This document shows, in pieces, positions 1-9,016 of a stretch of DNA of 20,000 nt. Under the pieces are notes generated by a model, which saw only the letters and a program-made list of their open reading frames with translations, was not told the origin of the DNA and searched no databases. The DNA lies in the IMG/VR virus record IMGVR_UViG_3300020166_000018; one strand, 5' to 3'. A program made the position numbers and the translations under genes. This stretch comes from an uncultured virus (IMG/VR IMGVR_UViG_3300020166_000018). Its lineage: Duplodnaviria > Heunggongvirae > Uroviricota > Caudoviricetes. The first letter of the stretch is position 1; each line of letters begins with the position of its first letter.

Positions 1-2
1 CG

Positions 3-815
3 CAGGGACCCGAAGGTTTAATCGGTCCTAAAGGTAATGATGGTGGTATTGGTGCTATAGGTCCTAAGGGCGTTATAGGTCCATTAGGCCCACAAGGTCC
101 TGAAGGTTTAATTGGCCCTATCGGTATAGGAAACGTTCAAGGTGCTATTGGTCCAATAGGTCCAGGTGTAGCTCAAGGTGCAATTGGTCCTAAAGGTCCC
201 CAAGGTCCTGAAGGTTTAATAGGCCCAATTGGTCCCGAAGGCTTAATTGGTGCTAAAGGTCTTTTAGGTCCTTTAGGTGCAATTGGTCCCAAAGGTATTA
301 TAGGTGCTATTGGAGTAATAGGTCCACAAGGACCCGAAGGTTTAATAGGTAATAAAGGTCCAATTGGTGCTATAGGTGCAATTGGTCCTAAAGGTATTAT
401 AGGTGCTATTGGACCCTTAGGTCCCCAAGGTCCTGAAGGTCTTATAGGACCTAAAGGTAACGATGGTGGTATAGGCGCTATAGGTCCTAAAGGTATTATT
501 GGCCCCAAAGGGAACACAGGTGCAATTGGTCCACAAGGTCCTATTGGTCCTATAGGAATTGGAGCAGGTATAGGTCCACGTGGTCCTATTGGTCCTGCAG
601 CCCCACAAGGTGCAATTGGTCCTATTGGTCCTATAGGTCTTGAAGGTTTAATTGGTCCTATAGGTCCTGAAGGTTTAATTGGTGCTAAAGGTATAGCAAA
701 TGTTCAAGGTGCAATCGGCCCCAAAGGTCCTACAGCATCAATTGGTGCAATTGGACCACAAGGACCCGAAGGTTTAATAGGTCCACAAGGTCCTATTGGT
801 CCAAAAGGTGAAGCA
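3..815 (+). repeat. Collagen Gly-X-Y repeat block 1 (~270 aa, continues off the left edge)
   Basis: 9-nt periodicity GGN-NNN-NNN. Dominant triplets are [18 protein letters not shown]. Confidence 0.95.
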
Positions 816-3800
816 AATGAAATTGAAGGTAGTGTATTAATAGAAACGTTTTCAACCCATGGAGGTAATGGTAATACTTCCCAATACTCACAATACCCAG
901 GTAATGCTTCAGATTTTGAATCATTCTTTAATGTAAACCTATCAAATACATCATTTACAGATTCAGCAGTTGATAGTTTAAGTAATACTACAAATGCTTT
1001 AAATTGGACTAATACTGCAGGATTACAAACAATTTTAACTGTTCCAAATTCAGGAGCATATTTTTCAACCAGAGTAACAGGTATTTTTAGACCTAAAGAA
1101 ACTGGTACATATACTTTTTCAGCTGAATCCGATGATTCTGTCCAAGTAAAAATTGGAAGTACTATAGTTTACGGTTTTTATGGAGGTAGAGGTAGAAGTA
1201 GTGTAGGAACTCATACTGGTACCGTTTCATTAACAGCAGGTACTAGTTACAATATTGTAGTTTACCAACAAGAGTATGGTGGTGGAGATGGTTTAACTGT
1301 ATGGTGGAAAAAACCATCAGAATCCTCAGGTTCTACATGGTACCAACACACAGACGAAATTTTCACTTCAGGTGATCAAGGATCTCAAGGTTCACAAGGA
1401 CCACAAGGTTCTATAGGTCCTAGAGGCCCTGAAGGTTTAATAGGAAATAAAGGTCCTATTGGTGCAATAGGTGCAATTGGTCCTAAAGGAAATACTGGAG
1501 CGATTGGTCCACAAGGTCCTGAAGGTTTAATAGGCCCAATAGGCCCTATTGGTCCAACCGCCCCTATAGGTGCTAGAGGTCCTATAGGTCCAGGTGCTCC
1601 TATAGGTGCTAGAGGCCCTATTGGTCCACAAGGACCAGAAGGTTTAATAGGTCCACAAGGTCCTGAAGGTTTAATTGGTAATAAAGGTCCAATTGGTGCT
1701 ATAGGTGCAATTGGTCCTAAGGGCCCCATTGGTGCTATTGGACCATTAGGTCCACAAGGTCCTGAAGGTTTAATAGGAAATAAAGGTCCAATTGGCGCTA
1801 TTGGTGCTATAGGTCCTAAAGGAAATACAGGTATTATAGGTCCACAAGGTCCTGAAGGTATTATAGGCCCAAGAGGTCCTATTGGTCCTGCGGCCCCACA
1901 AGGAGCTAGAGGCCCAATTGGTCCAGCAGCACCTCAAGGTGCTATAGGTCCCATTGGTCCACAAGGACCAGAAGGTTTAATAGGCCCACAAGGTCCTGAA
2001 GGTTTAATAGGAAATAAAGGCCCAACAGCTCCTATAGGTGCTATCGGTCCTATTGGTCCTAAGGGTCCTGAAGGCTTAATAGGCCCACAAGGACCAGAAG
2101 GTTTAATTGGTAATATAGGCCCAGCAGCACCTCAAGGTGCTATAGGTCCCAAAGGTCCTGCAGCCCCACAAGGTGCTAGAGGTCCCATTGGTCCACAAGG
2201 ACCCGAAGGTTTAATTGGTCCACAAGGGCCCGAAGGTTTAATAGGTCCCAAAGGTCCTGCAGCCCCACAAGGTGCAATTGGTCCTATTGGTCCACAAGGT
2301 CCTGAAGGTCTAATTGGTCCACAAGGACCCGAAGGTTTAATAGGTCCCAAAGGTCCTGCAGCCCCACAAGGTGCAATTGGTCCTATAGGTCCTAAAGGAA
2401 ATGAAGGTGCAATAGGTCCACAAGGACCTGAAGGTTTAATTGGTAATATAGGCCCTGCAGCACCACAAGGTGCAATCGGTCCTAAAGGAAATACAGGCGC
2501 AATAGGCCCACAAGGCCCTGAAGGTTTAATAGGTCCAATTGGTCCTATTGGTTTAGCAAATGTTCAAGGTGCAATTGGTCCTATAGGTCCTAAAGGAAAT
2601 GAAGGTGCAATAGGTCCAATTGGTCCTGAAGGTTTAATAGGTCCCAAAGGTCCTGTTGCTCCCCAAGGTGCAATCGGTCCTAAAGGAAATACAGGCGCAA
2701 TAGGCCCACAAGGCCCTGAAGGTTTAATAGGCCCAAGAGGTCCTATTGGTTTAGCAAATGTTCAAGGTGCTATAGGTCCTAAAGGAAATGAAGGTGCAAT
2801 AGGTCCACAAGGACCAGAAGGTTTAATAGGTTCTAAAGGCCCTGAAAGTGCAATTGGACCTAGAGGTCCATTAGGGGAAAAAGGTCCAAAAGGTCCAAAA
2901 GGGTATACTGGTCCACGAGGTCCTAAAGGCCCTAAAGGTCCAGCATCTACCTCAGGAATTGGTCCTAAAGGTCCTGAAGGTGCAATTGGACCTAAAGGTC
3001 CAGCTTCTCCTTTGGGCCCAGAAGGCCCTATTGGACTAATAGGTCCTGGTGTTTCTCCTTTAGGCCCAGAAGGCCTTATTGGACCACAAGGTCCAAAAGG
3101 TGCTGAAGGTGCAATAGGTCTAATTGGTAATATAGGCCCAGCTAATATTACTCAAGGTCCACTAGGTCCCCAAGGTCCTGAAGGTTTAATTGGTCCCAAA
3201 GGTAATAGAGGTCCTATTGGTCCCCAAGGACCCGAAGGTCCTATTGGTCCAACAGCCCCACAAGGTGCAATTGGTCCTATAGGTCCTAAAGGAAGTGAAG
3301 GCGCAATAGGTTTACAAGGTCCAATTGGTCCCGATGGTCCTCAAGGTCCTGGGGGTCCAGCTGGAGCTATAGGCCCTAGAGGTCCTATAGGTCCTAAAGG
3401 AAATGAAGGTGCAATAGGTCCAATTGGTCCTAAAGGCCGTATTGGTCCTAAAGGTGTTACAGGTAATGGTCTAATAGGTACAACAACCAATGTAGCAATA
3501 GATACAGTTCCTTACCAACACAGTATGGAATTTGCAAATGGTTATCTCCAATCACATTCTGCAACATATAAAAATTATCGTTACTACCATAATGATGGAG
3601 TAAATGATTATGTTGCTGGAGATTGGGATCCTGTAGATGCTAACCCAGGAGAAGATGATTTTTCAATTAATTTTTGGGTTCGTAATAATGAGACAGATAA
3701 AACTAATATGATCTTTTGTGATTTTAATGCAGTTGCATTAAACGTTAATAATAATAACAATAGATGTTTTATCCAATACGCAGCAAATACTAATAGATTA

Positions 3801-4274
3801 CTACTACAGTTAAGAACTAATGCTACTAACTTTGGTTTACAAGTCCCCCTCCATAATAATTCAGGTACTACAGGAATTACAAGTTCATCTTCAGGATGGA
3901 GAGCTGCCCAACGTGGTAACGTCAATAGTGATAACTTCTGTATGATTACAGTTACCTATGATGCTTCTCAAACTACAGGGGCTAATGCTATTAAAATTTA
4001 TTGGAATGGTACTCGAATATCTAATAGTCAAGTATCACTTAACGGAACTAGTAATGCTAATTGTGATATGGATGAATGGGCTTACTACAAGAAAATCCTT
4101 TCTACTAGTGAAATTACTACATTATATAATAGTGGTAATATTAAAGCTGCTGACCTTTTAGTATCTAATGGTTTAACAGAAAGTTGTAGATTTGATATTA
4201 ATGGAAGTGCCACTACAACAGGTTCAACTTATACTAGCGTTAGTATTTCAGGAGGTACAACCCCATTATATTAA
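3..4274 (+). CDS. Giant collagen-like fibre protein (5' truncated, >=1423 aa): Gly-X-Y block / PA14 domain / Gly-X-Y block / LamG-ConA-like C-terminal domain
   Basis: Hand translation of the frame starting at nt 3 ([22 protein letters not shown]...) stays open and in frame with the tracked ORF 3012..4274, whose TTG 'start' is an internal Leu. Gly-X-Y repeats span about 3-815 and 1371-3485. Confidence 0.92.
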   Translation, partial: QGPEGLIGPKGNDGGIGAIGPKGVIGPLGPQGPEGLIGPIGIGNVQGAIGPIGPGVAQGAIGPKGPQGPEGLIGPIGPEGLIGAKGLLGPLGAIGPKGIIGAIGVIGPQGPEGLIGNKGPIGAIGAIGPKGIIGAIGPLGPQGPEGLIGPKGNDGGIGAIGPKGIIGPKGNTGAIGPQGPIGPIGIGAGIGPRGPIGPAAPQGAIGPIGPIGLEGLIGPIGPEGLIGAKGIANVQGAIGPKGPTASIGAIGPQGPEGLIGPQGPIGPKGEANEIEGSVLIETFSTHGGNGNTSQYSQYPGNASDFESFFNVNLSNTSFTDSAVDSLSNTTNALNWTNTAGLQTILTVPNSGAYFSTRVTGIFRPKETGTYTFSAESDDSVQVKIGSTIVYGFYGGRGRSSVGTHTGTVSLTAGTSYNIVVYQQEYGGGDGLTVWWKKPSESSGSTWYQHTDEIFTSGDQGSQGSQGPQGSIGPRGPEGLIGNKGPIGAIGAIGPKGNTGAIGPQGPEGLIGPIGPIGPTAPIGARGPIGPGAPIGARGPIGPQGPEGLIGPQGPEGLIGNKGPIGAIGAIGPKGPIGAIGPLGPQGPEGLIGNKGPIGAIGAIGPKGNTGIIGPQGPEGIIGPRGPIGPAAPQGARGPIGPAAPQGAIGPIGPQGPEGLIGPQGPEGLIGNKGPTAPIGAIGPIGPKGPEGLIGPQGPEGLIGNIGPAAPQGAIGPKGPAAPQGARGPIGPQGPEGLIGPQGPEGLIGPKGPAAPQGAIGPIGPQGPEGLIGPQGPEGLIGPKGPAAPQGAIGPIGPKGNEGAIGPQGPEGLIGNIGPAAPQGAIGPKGNTGAIGPQGPEGLIGPIGPIGLANVQGAIGPIGPKGNEGAIGPIGPEGLIGPKGPVAPQGAIGPKGNTGAIGPQGPEGLIGPRGPIGLANVQGAIGPKGNEGAIGPQGPEGLIGSKGPESAIGPRGPLGEKGPKGPKGYTGPRGPKGPKGPASTSGIGPKGPEGAIGPKGPASPLGPEGPIGLIGPGVSPLGPEGLIGPQGPKGAEGAIGLIGNIGPANITQGPLGPQGPEGLIGPKGNRGPIGPQGPEGPIGPTAPQGAIGPIGPKGSEGAIGLQGPIGPDGPQGPGGPAGAIGPRGPIGPKGNEGAIGPIGPKGRIGPKGVTGNGLIGTTTNVAIDTVPYQHSMEFANGYLQSHSATYKNYRYYHNDGVNDYVAGDWDPVDANPGEDDFSINFWVRNNETDKTNMIFCDFNAVALNVNNNNNRCFIQYAANTNRLLLQLRTNATNFGLQVPLHNNSGTTGITSSSSGWRAAQRGNVNSDNFCMITVTYDASQTTGANAIKIYWNGTRISNSQVSLNGTSNANCDMDEWAYYKKILSTSEITTLYNSGNIKAADLLVSNGLTESCRFDINGSATTTGSTYTSVSISGGTTPLY
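816..1370 (+). other. PA14 domain (~185 aa insert) within the collagen protein
   Basis: Translation [37 protein letters not shown]...[34 protein letters not shown] matches the PA14 pattern (R.TG...P.ETG.YTF...SDD; L.AG..Y.I; E.GGG..L...W..P). The DD pair is at 1131-1136. Confidence 0.85.
1371..3485 (+). repeat. Collagen Gly-X-Y repeat block 2 (~700 aa)
   Basis: Gly-X-Y with short interruptions and a recurring GPQGPEGLI unit. The string ggtcccaaaggtcctgcagccccacaaggtgc recurs at 2145, 2244 and 2343 (99-nt period). Confidence 0.95.
3570..4271 (+). other. LamG / ConA-like lectin jelly-roll domain at the fibre C-terminus (putative receptor binding)
   Basis: Motifs [25 protein letters not shown] and [23 protein letters not shown] follow the Laminin_G_3 pattern (FS...W; i..tyD; .lYvNG; iDE..iy...Ls..eI..lY). 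Confidence 0.8.
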
Positions 4275-4286
4275 TTTAAATAAATT

Positions 4287-4538
4287 ATGAGTACTAGATA
4301 TTTTTTAATAACAGGGTCAGAATATACAAATTACGATAGTTCTTTAGATCAACCCGCAGCATGGAATTTAGATAATAGTAAATGTGTTATAGAAGTTCCA
4401 ACTGGATTTACAGTTACTTCCTATATTCAAAAATTTAGAAGTAGTGGAGAATTTAAAACTTGGAGAAATGCTGATGCTAATTGGCCCGATTGGGAGACAC
4501 AAGCTCAACATGATGGCACAGATTTAGACGATTTCTAA
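4287..4538 (+). CDS. Hypothetical protein (83 aa) directly after the fibre gene
   Basis: ATG 12 nt after the fibre stop, TAA stop, fills the gap to the next gene. No motif recognised. Confidence 0.75.
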   Translation: MSTRYFLITGSEYTNYDSSLDQPAAWNLDNSKCVIEVPTGFTVTSYIQKFRSSGEFKTWRNADANWPDWETQAQHDGTDLDDF

Positions 4539-4554
4539 AAAACAAGTAAATGTT

Positions 4555-5706
4555 ATGAAATTAGTTATATATGCGGGGTATTATTCCCCACCCTACTCAC
4601 CTGAAACTATTGACGAAATTGGTTTAGGAGGTACTGAACAATGTATTATAAATTTAGCTAAAACCCTTAAATCCCAAAATCCAATTTGGGATATTTGGGT
4701 CGTTGGTGGAGTAGTTTATGGTGATTACGATGGAGTAATGTATAGACCTACACAAGATTTCAAAAATGAAGTTAAATCTGTAGATACTATAATCGGAGTT
4801 TCATACATTCATTACATTGAAGAATTTAAAAACATCGATTATACCGACTCAATATTTTGGGTACATAATACCGATTATTTTACGTGGTGGAATGGCGAAG
4901 AATTACCCAACCATCGTGAATTACTTTCAAATCCAAAACTAAAATCTATAGTTTGCTTAACAGAATGGCATAAAAACAAATTCATAGAACAATTCCCAGA
5001 AACACAAGATAAAATTCAAGTTATAGGTAATGGAGTAGATACTTCTAATTTTCAAGTAGGAGAAAAAAACCCAAATCAATACATTTACACTTCACATGCT
5101 GAACGAGGTTTAGGGCAAGTATTAAGTGAATGGAATGATATTTTATTAGTAAACCCAAACGCAGAACTTAAAATATCAACCCCACAATACGGCTTAGAAT
5201 ATTATAACCTTTATTACAAAGATTGGGTAAGTAGTTTGGATAACACAGAATTCCTTGGTACATTACCACAACACGAGCTATACAAACTAATGGCTGAGAG
5301 TACTTATTGGTATTACCCCTCATCATATGAGGAAACCTTTTGTATCACGGCATTAGAGATGTTAGGACATAATGTTCAACCTATTACATGGGAATGGGGT
5401 GGATTAAAAGAAACATTAAATAATTTTAATACCCGAGATAGAAATGAATCTTTAAATTGGGGTAAAGTAAACGAATATTTAGAACAATGTAATTGGGAAT
5501 CCAGAGTAAATAATAATTGGTTACCCCTACTATCAAAAGCAAATATGAAATTAGATAAATTTTACGTTTTAGCATTAAATGAAACCCCAGAAATGAGAGA
5601 AAAATGTGATAATTTACATTTACCCTCTCCTACTCCATATTGGATTAAACCTGGGGTTTTGATGCTAGACAAATGTCTCAAGAAGATTGGGATAAATTTG
5701 GTGTAG
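4555..5706 (+). CDS. GT4 (GT-B) glycosyltransferase domain followed by the N-terminus of a GT25 domain; 5' part of a frameshifted fusion gene
   Basis: N-terminal GLGGTEQ, VIGNGVD and the E-x7-E motif ETFCITALE indicate GT4. From 5545, MKLDKFYVLALNETPEMREK...WIKPG resembles a GT25 N-terminus. Sequence after ~5655 in this frame looks out of frame and ends in TAG. Confidence 0.82.
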   Translation: MKLVIYAGYYSPPYSPETIDEIGLGGTEQCIINLAKTLKSQNPIWDIWVVGGVVYGDYDGVMYRPTQDFKNEVKSVDTIIGVSYIHYIEEFKNIDYTDSIFWVHNTDYFTWWNGEELPNHRELLSNPKLKSIVCLTEWHKNKFIEQFPETQDKIQVIGNGVDTSNFQVGEKNPNQYIYTSHAERGLGQVLSEWNDILLVNPNAELKISTPQYGLEYYNLYYKDWVSSLDNTEFLGTLPQHELYKLMAESTYWYYPSSYEETFCITALEMLGHNVQPITWEWGGLKETLNNFNTRDRNESLNWGKVNEYLEQCNWESRVNNNWLPLLSKANMKLDKFYVLALNETPEMREKCDNLHLPSPTPYWIKPGVLMLDKCLKKIGINLV

Positions 5707-6887
5707 CAAAACACACTAGGTGGAATATAGAAGGTAGCAATCCTTGGTGGAAACGCGATGTAATGGAAGGTGAGTTAGGCTGTGGTTTATCTCATGTTGA
5801 TACATGGGTTGATGCTTATCGTGAAGGTTTAGAAACAGCACTTATTTTAGAAGAAGATTTCTACCAGGAGAGACCAGTAGATTGGGATCAAATAGGTCAA
5901 CTTATAGACAAAGGTTATGATTTAATTTATTTAGGTCGTAATGCCTTAGAAGCTTATCTAGAAAAACCAATTGAAGGTGTAGAAGGATGGGTAGAACCCG
6001 ATTATACCTATAATTCACACGCTTATATTTTATCTAAAAGAGGTATTCAAATTTTAGTAGAAGAATACATGGAGCAATACAAAAGTGAAATGTTTGCTTT
6101 TGATGAGTTCCTTTCTATTACTTTTGGTATGACCCATCGCCAGGATATTTTAGGTGAGTATTATGGTAAAACACGTTTAAGAGCAGCAGCTCCCGTAGAA
6201 GATTATTATACTCAAAAAGATAGCCCAGGATTAACGTTTTATATAGCGGAAGAAAAAAAAAACCCTTTAATAATTAGTTCTCCTAAATTTGGTATAGCTA
6301 ATGATGATAATTGGGAACAATGGTGTATAGATTATATACACCCTGTAATAAGAAAAGGTCAATATAAATTAATGGTAGATGAAATTGCCCCTAATGTAAT
6401 TGAATTTCCTTTATTCACAGAAAAGTTTTGTAAAGAAATGATTGTTTTAGCAGAAGATAAAGAATGGGTAACAGATAGACATACTTTTTACCCTACTACT
6501 GATCAAACTATGGAAAGTTTAGGCTTACAACATATTTACCAAAGGGTATTAGAACAATTTGTATATCCTATTTGGACTTGGTTTTGGGATTTACAAGGTG
6601 AAGGTTGGGATAATTTAAAAAGTGAAAATTTTATAGCTAAATATGATACAGAAAATCAAGGTAGCTTAGACTTGCATCATGATAGTTCTGTTATTACATT
6701 AAATGTAAGATTAAATAATGGATTTAAAGGTGGAGGAACATTCCTCCCAAAATATAAAACTACAGTACAACCACGAAAAACAGGATATGCAATGTCCCAC
6801 CCAGGAAATATTACACATTTGCATGGTGGTAGACCAGTAGAAGAAGGAACACGTTATATATTAGTATCATTTACAGACAAAAAATAA
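5673..6887 (+). CDS. GT25 procollagen-galactosyltransferase-like domain + PLOD-like lysyl hydroxylase (2OG-Fe(II)) domain; 3' part of the frameshifted fusion (frame open from 5649)
   Basis: GT25 motifs: GELGCGLSH, ALILEED, YDLIYLGR, EPDYTYNSHAYILS, DEFL. Hydroxylase motifs (~6300-6880): YIHP, FPLFTEKFC, PTTD, NFIAKY, QGSLDLHHDSSVITLNV, GGGT, HPGNITHLHGG, GTRYILVSF. Confidence 0.88.
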   Translation: MSQEDWDKFGVAKHTRWNIEGSNPWWKRDVMEGELGCGLSHVDTWVDAYREGLETALILEEDFYQERPVDWDQIGQLIDKGYDLIYLGRNALEAYLEKPIEGVEGWVEPDYTYNSHAYILSKRGIQILVEEYMEQYKSEMFAFDEFLSITFGMTHRQDILGEYYGKTRLRAAAPVEDYYTQKDSPGLTFYIAEEKKNPLIISSPKFGIANDDNWEQWCIDYIHPVIRKGQYKLMVDEIAPNVIEFPLFTEKFCKEMIVLAEDKEWVTDRHTFYPTTDQTMESLGLQHIYQRVLEQFVYPIWTWFWDLQGEGWDNLKSENFIAKYDTENQGSLDLHHDSSVITLNVRLNNGFKGGGTFLPKYKTTVQPRKTGYAMSHPGNITHLHGGRPVEEGTRYILVSFTDKK

Positions 6888-6890
6888 AAT

Positions 6891-7508
6891 ATGGACACAC
6901 TTTATTCATTTCCCCTAGATTTTGACAAATATGTCAATCAAAGCAATTATTATTGGTTTGAGGAAGGTTTTACAGCAGAAGAACTTCAAACCTTAGAACA
7001 ACAAGTCCAAGAAATTCCATCCCAAGCTGGAGTAACCGAATCAGGTAATCAAGATGAAGGTGAGGGGTTAGAATCTCGTAATTCTATGATTAAATGGGTT
7101 CCGTTTAGTGATGAAACTAAATGGATTTATGACAAAATTGGAATGTTAGCTAAAACTGCTAATGATGAAATGTTCCATTTTGATATCCATAACATGCCTG
7201 AAAATATCCAGTACACAGAATACTATGGTACTAATAAAGGCCATTACGATTGGCATATGGATATTGGAACTGAAGGCTTTATGAAATTTCGTAAAATTTC
7301 AGTTACAGGGGTTCAACTATCAGATTCTGATGAATATGAAGGTGGAGATTTACAAATTTGGCCTGGTGGTCAAACTCCTTATACTGCACCACGTGGTAAG
7401 GGTAATGTAGTAATATTTCCCTCTTATTTAATGCATAGAGTAACACCTGTTACTTCAGGTACTAGAAAATCATTTGTACTTTGGTTAGGAGGAGCTCATT
7501 TTAAGTAA
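6891..7508 (+). CDS. 2OG-Fe(II) oxygenase (P4Hc/PKHD-like phage hydroxylase)
   Basis: YDWHMD (HxD), RKISV, YEGGDL, FPSYLMHRVTPVTSGTRKSFVLW (distal His and 2OG-binding Arg). Confidence 0.9.
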   Translation: MDTLYSFPLDFDKYVNQSNYYWFEEGFTAEELQTLEQQVQEIPSQAGVTESGNQDEGEGLESRNSMIKWVPFSDETKWIYDKIGMLAKTANDEMFHFDIHNMPENIQYTEYYGTNKGHYDWHMDIGTEGFMKFRKISVTGVQLSDSDEYEGGDLQIWPGGQTPYTAPRGKGNVVIFPSYLMHRVTPVTSGTRKSFVLWLGGAHFK

Positions 7509-8269
7509 TGAAGGTAGCAGTTTGTGTTAGTGGTCAACCCCGCAATTACGAACAGGGTTACCATGAATTAAAAAAATGGTTTTTAGATAAGTATGATTGT
7601 GATGTTTATCTCCATACTTGGAAAGATACTAATTCAACAATGGGGGGAGGACATAAGTTCTCTACCCCTATTGAATATCAATTTACTGAAAATGATTATA
7701 CCCAAATCTCAGAATTATACAACCCAGTCAAAAGTCATTTTCAACTCCCAATTCCCTTTGATACAACAGAAATCAAGGGGCATTTAGGTTATAAATTACA
7801 TAATATCCTTAGTGGTTACTATTCAGTATATGCTTGTAATAAACTTTTACAAGACTCAGGTAATAAATATGATTATGTTATCCGTACTAGATTTGATTTA
7901 TCTTTTACTGATTATATTTCCCCCGAATGTATATTTTTAAAGGATATTACTCAACTAGAGTTAAATGGTATAAATGTATTTCAATACCCTATAGTTAATG
8001 GTTTTACAACTCGTATATCAGAAGTAGATGATTTATTTGCTGTAGGTTCTATGGATGTTATAAACACTTACTCTAATTGTTTTTCATATATGTTAAAGTA
8101 TATTTACATGGATAAAAAATACCCTGAATGGTTAGAAACTGTAGTCTCAGGTAATCCTGATAAGTTATGTCCTGAAAGTTTATTAAAGTATCATTTAATA
8201 CAAAATGGTATTGAAATTAACTATATAGATAGTCTAACCGATAATTTCACAGCTCATATTTTACGATGA
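7508..8269 (+). CDS. Putative glycosyltransferase-like protein, paralog 1 (SGQPR...RFD type)
   Basis: MKVAVCVSGQPR, DVYLHTW, YDYVIRTRFDL, DLFAVG. TAATG overlap with the upstream gene. Function inferred from motifs and context. Confidence 0.6.
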   Translation: MKVAVCVSGQPRNYEQGYHELKKWFLDKYDCDVYLHTWKDTNSTMGGGHKFSTPIEYQFTENDYTQISELYNPVKSHFQLPIPFDTTEIKGHLGYKLHNILSGYYSVYACNKLLQDSGNKYDYVIRTRFDLSFTDYISPECIFLKDITQLELNGINVFQYPIVNGFTTRISEVDDLFAVGSMDVINTYSNCFSYMLKYIYMDKKYPEWLETVVSGNPDKLCPESLLKYHLIQNGIEINYIDSLTDNFTAHILR

Positions 8270-9015
8270 AAATAGCATTATTAATTAGTGGTCAACCACG
8301 TAGGTATAGGGAAGGGTATCAAGAACTTAAAAAATGGTTTTTAGATAGATATGATATCGATGTATATCTACATGCATGGAAAGATACTGAATTTAAAAAG
8401 TATGATTTTTTTAATGAAGGTAAAGTTCAAAAAACATATGAAGTAGGAGATGATTTATACCAAAATTTATTAGATTGGTACCAACCAAAAGGCTATTTAT
8501 TTGAACCATCAATTGAATTTGATTCATCAGGTCTAAAAGGACCCAACAACCAACGTTTAAATTCTCAAATGGGCATGTGGATGTCTACACAACGCGTTTG
8601 GGATTTATGTGAATCTTCAGGTATAGAATATGATTTAGTTTTTAAAACTCGTTATGATCTTTTATTTACTCATTACGTTGCTAATAATTGTGATTTATTA
8701 ACTGATTTATCAAAGTTAGATAAGAATCGTGTTAATTTCTGGGAGTATGCTCCTCATTGGAACATGGACTGGCAAATGAATGATCAATTAGCTATTGGCC
8801 CACCTAACTTAATGAAAAAATATTGTAGCGTGTTTTCTGAAATGTTATTTAATATATTTTATAATCCGGAATACAGGGATGGAAATAATGATATATTCAT
8901 TAATGAAACATTAATTTTACAACATATAAATAATAAACATATTCCACTCAAACCAATGTATCATGGGTTCGAAGGATCTAGAGGTATTGATTGTGGGTGT
9001 CATATAATGAGATAA
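8266..9015 (+). CDS. Putative glycosyltransferase-like protein, paralog 2
   Basis: MKIALLISGQPR, ELKKWFLD.YD.DVYLH.WKDT shared with paralog 1, YDLVFKTRYDL, NDQLAIG. ATGA overlap with the upstream gene. Confidence 0.6.
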   Translation: MKIALLISGQPRRYREGYQELKKWFLDRYDIDVYLHAWKDTEFKKYDFFNEGKVQKTYEVGDDLYQNLLDWYQPKGYLFEPSIEFDSSGLKGPNNQRLNSQMGMWMSTQRVWDLCESSGIEYDLVFKTRYDLLFTHYVANNCDLLTDLSKLDKNRVNFWEYAPHWNMDWQMNDQLAIGPPNLMKKYCSVFSEMLFNIFYNPEYRDGNNDIFINETLILQHINNKHIPLKPMYHGFEGSRGIDCGCHIMR

Positions 9016-9016
9016 T

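Noticed and set aside
173..2350. Minus-strand ORFs 173..517, 417..608, 1385..1729, 1770..1964, 2132..2350 (Pro/Gly/Ile repeats)
   Set aside because: Antisense shadows of the collagen repeat: GGT-CCN codons read as Gly/Pro on the other strand. The + frame is continuous and contains recognisable domains.
3012..3014. TTG start of the tracked 420-aa ORF
   Set aside because: Internal Leu codon. The frame is open from nt 3, so the true start is outside the window.
1..3485. Repeats as a CRISPR array or non-coding satellite
   Set aside because: They have 9-nt periodicity with third-position variation, so they are coding, and show no repeat-spacer structure.
4020..4070. LamG domain seems short between IYWNG and MDEW (the usual 'L.IG' strand is not evident)
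   Set aside because: Could be natural divergence or a small deletion. It cannot be judged without an alignment.
3608..4161. ORFs 3608..3925 (-) and 3958..4161 (+)
   Set aside because: Fully nested in the LamG-coding region in other frames, with no motifs.
7593..7787. 64-aa + strand ORF
   Set aside because: Nested out of frame inside 7508..8269.
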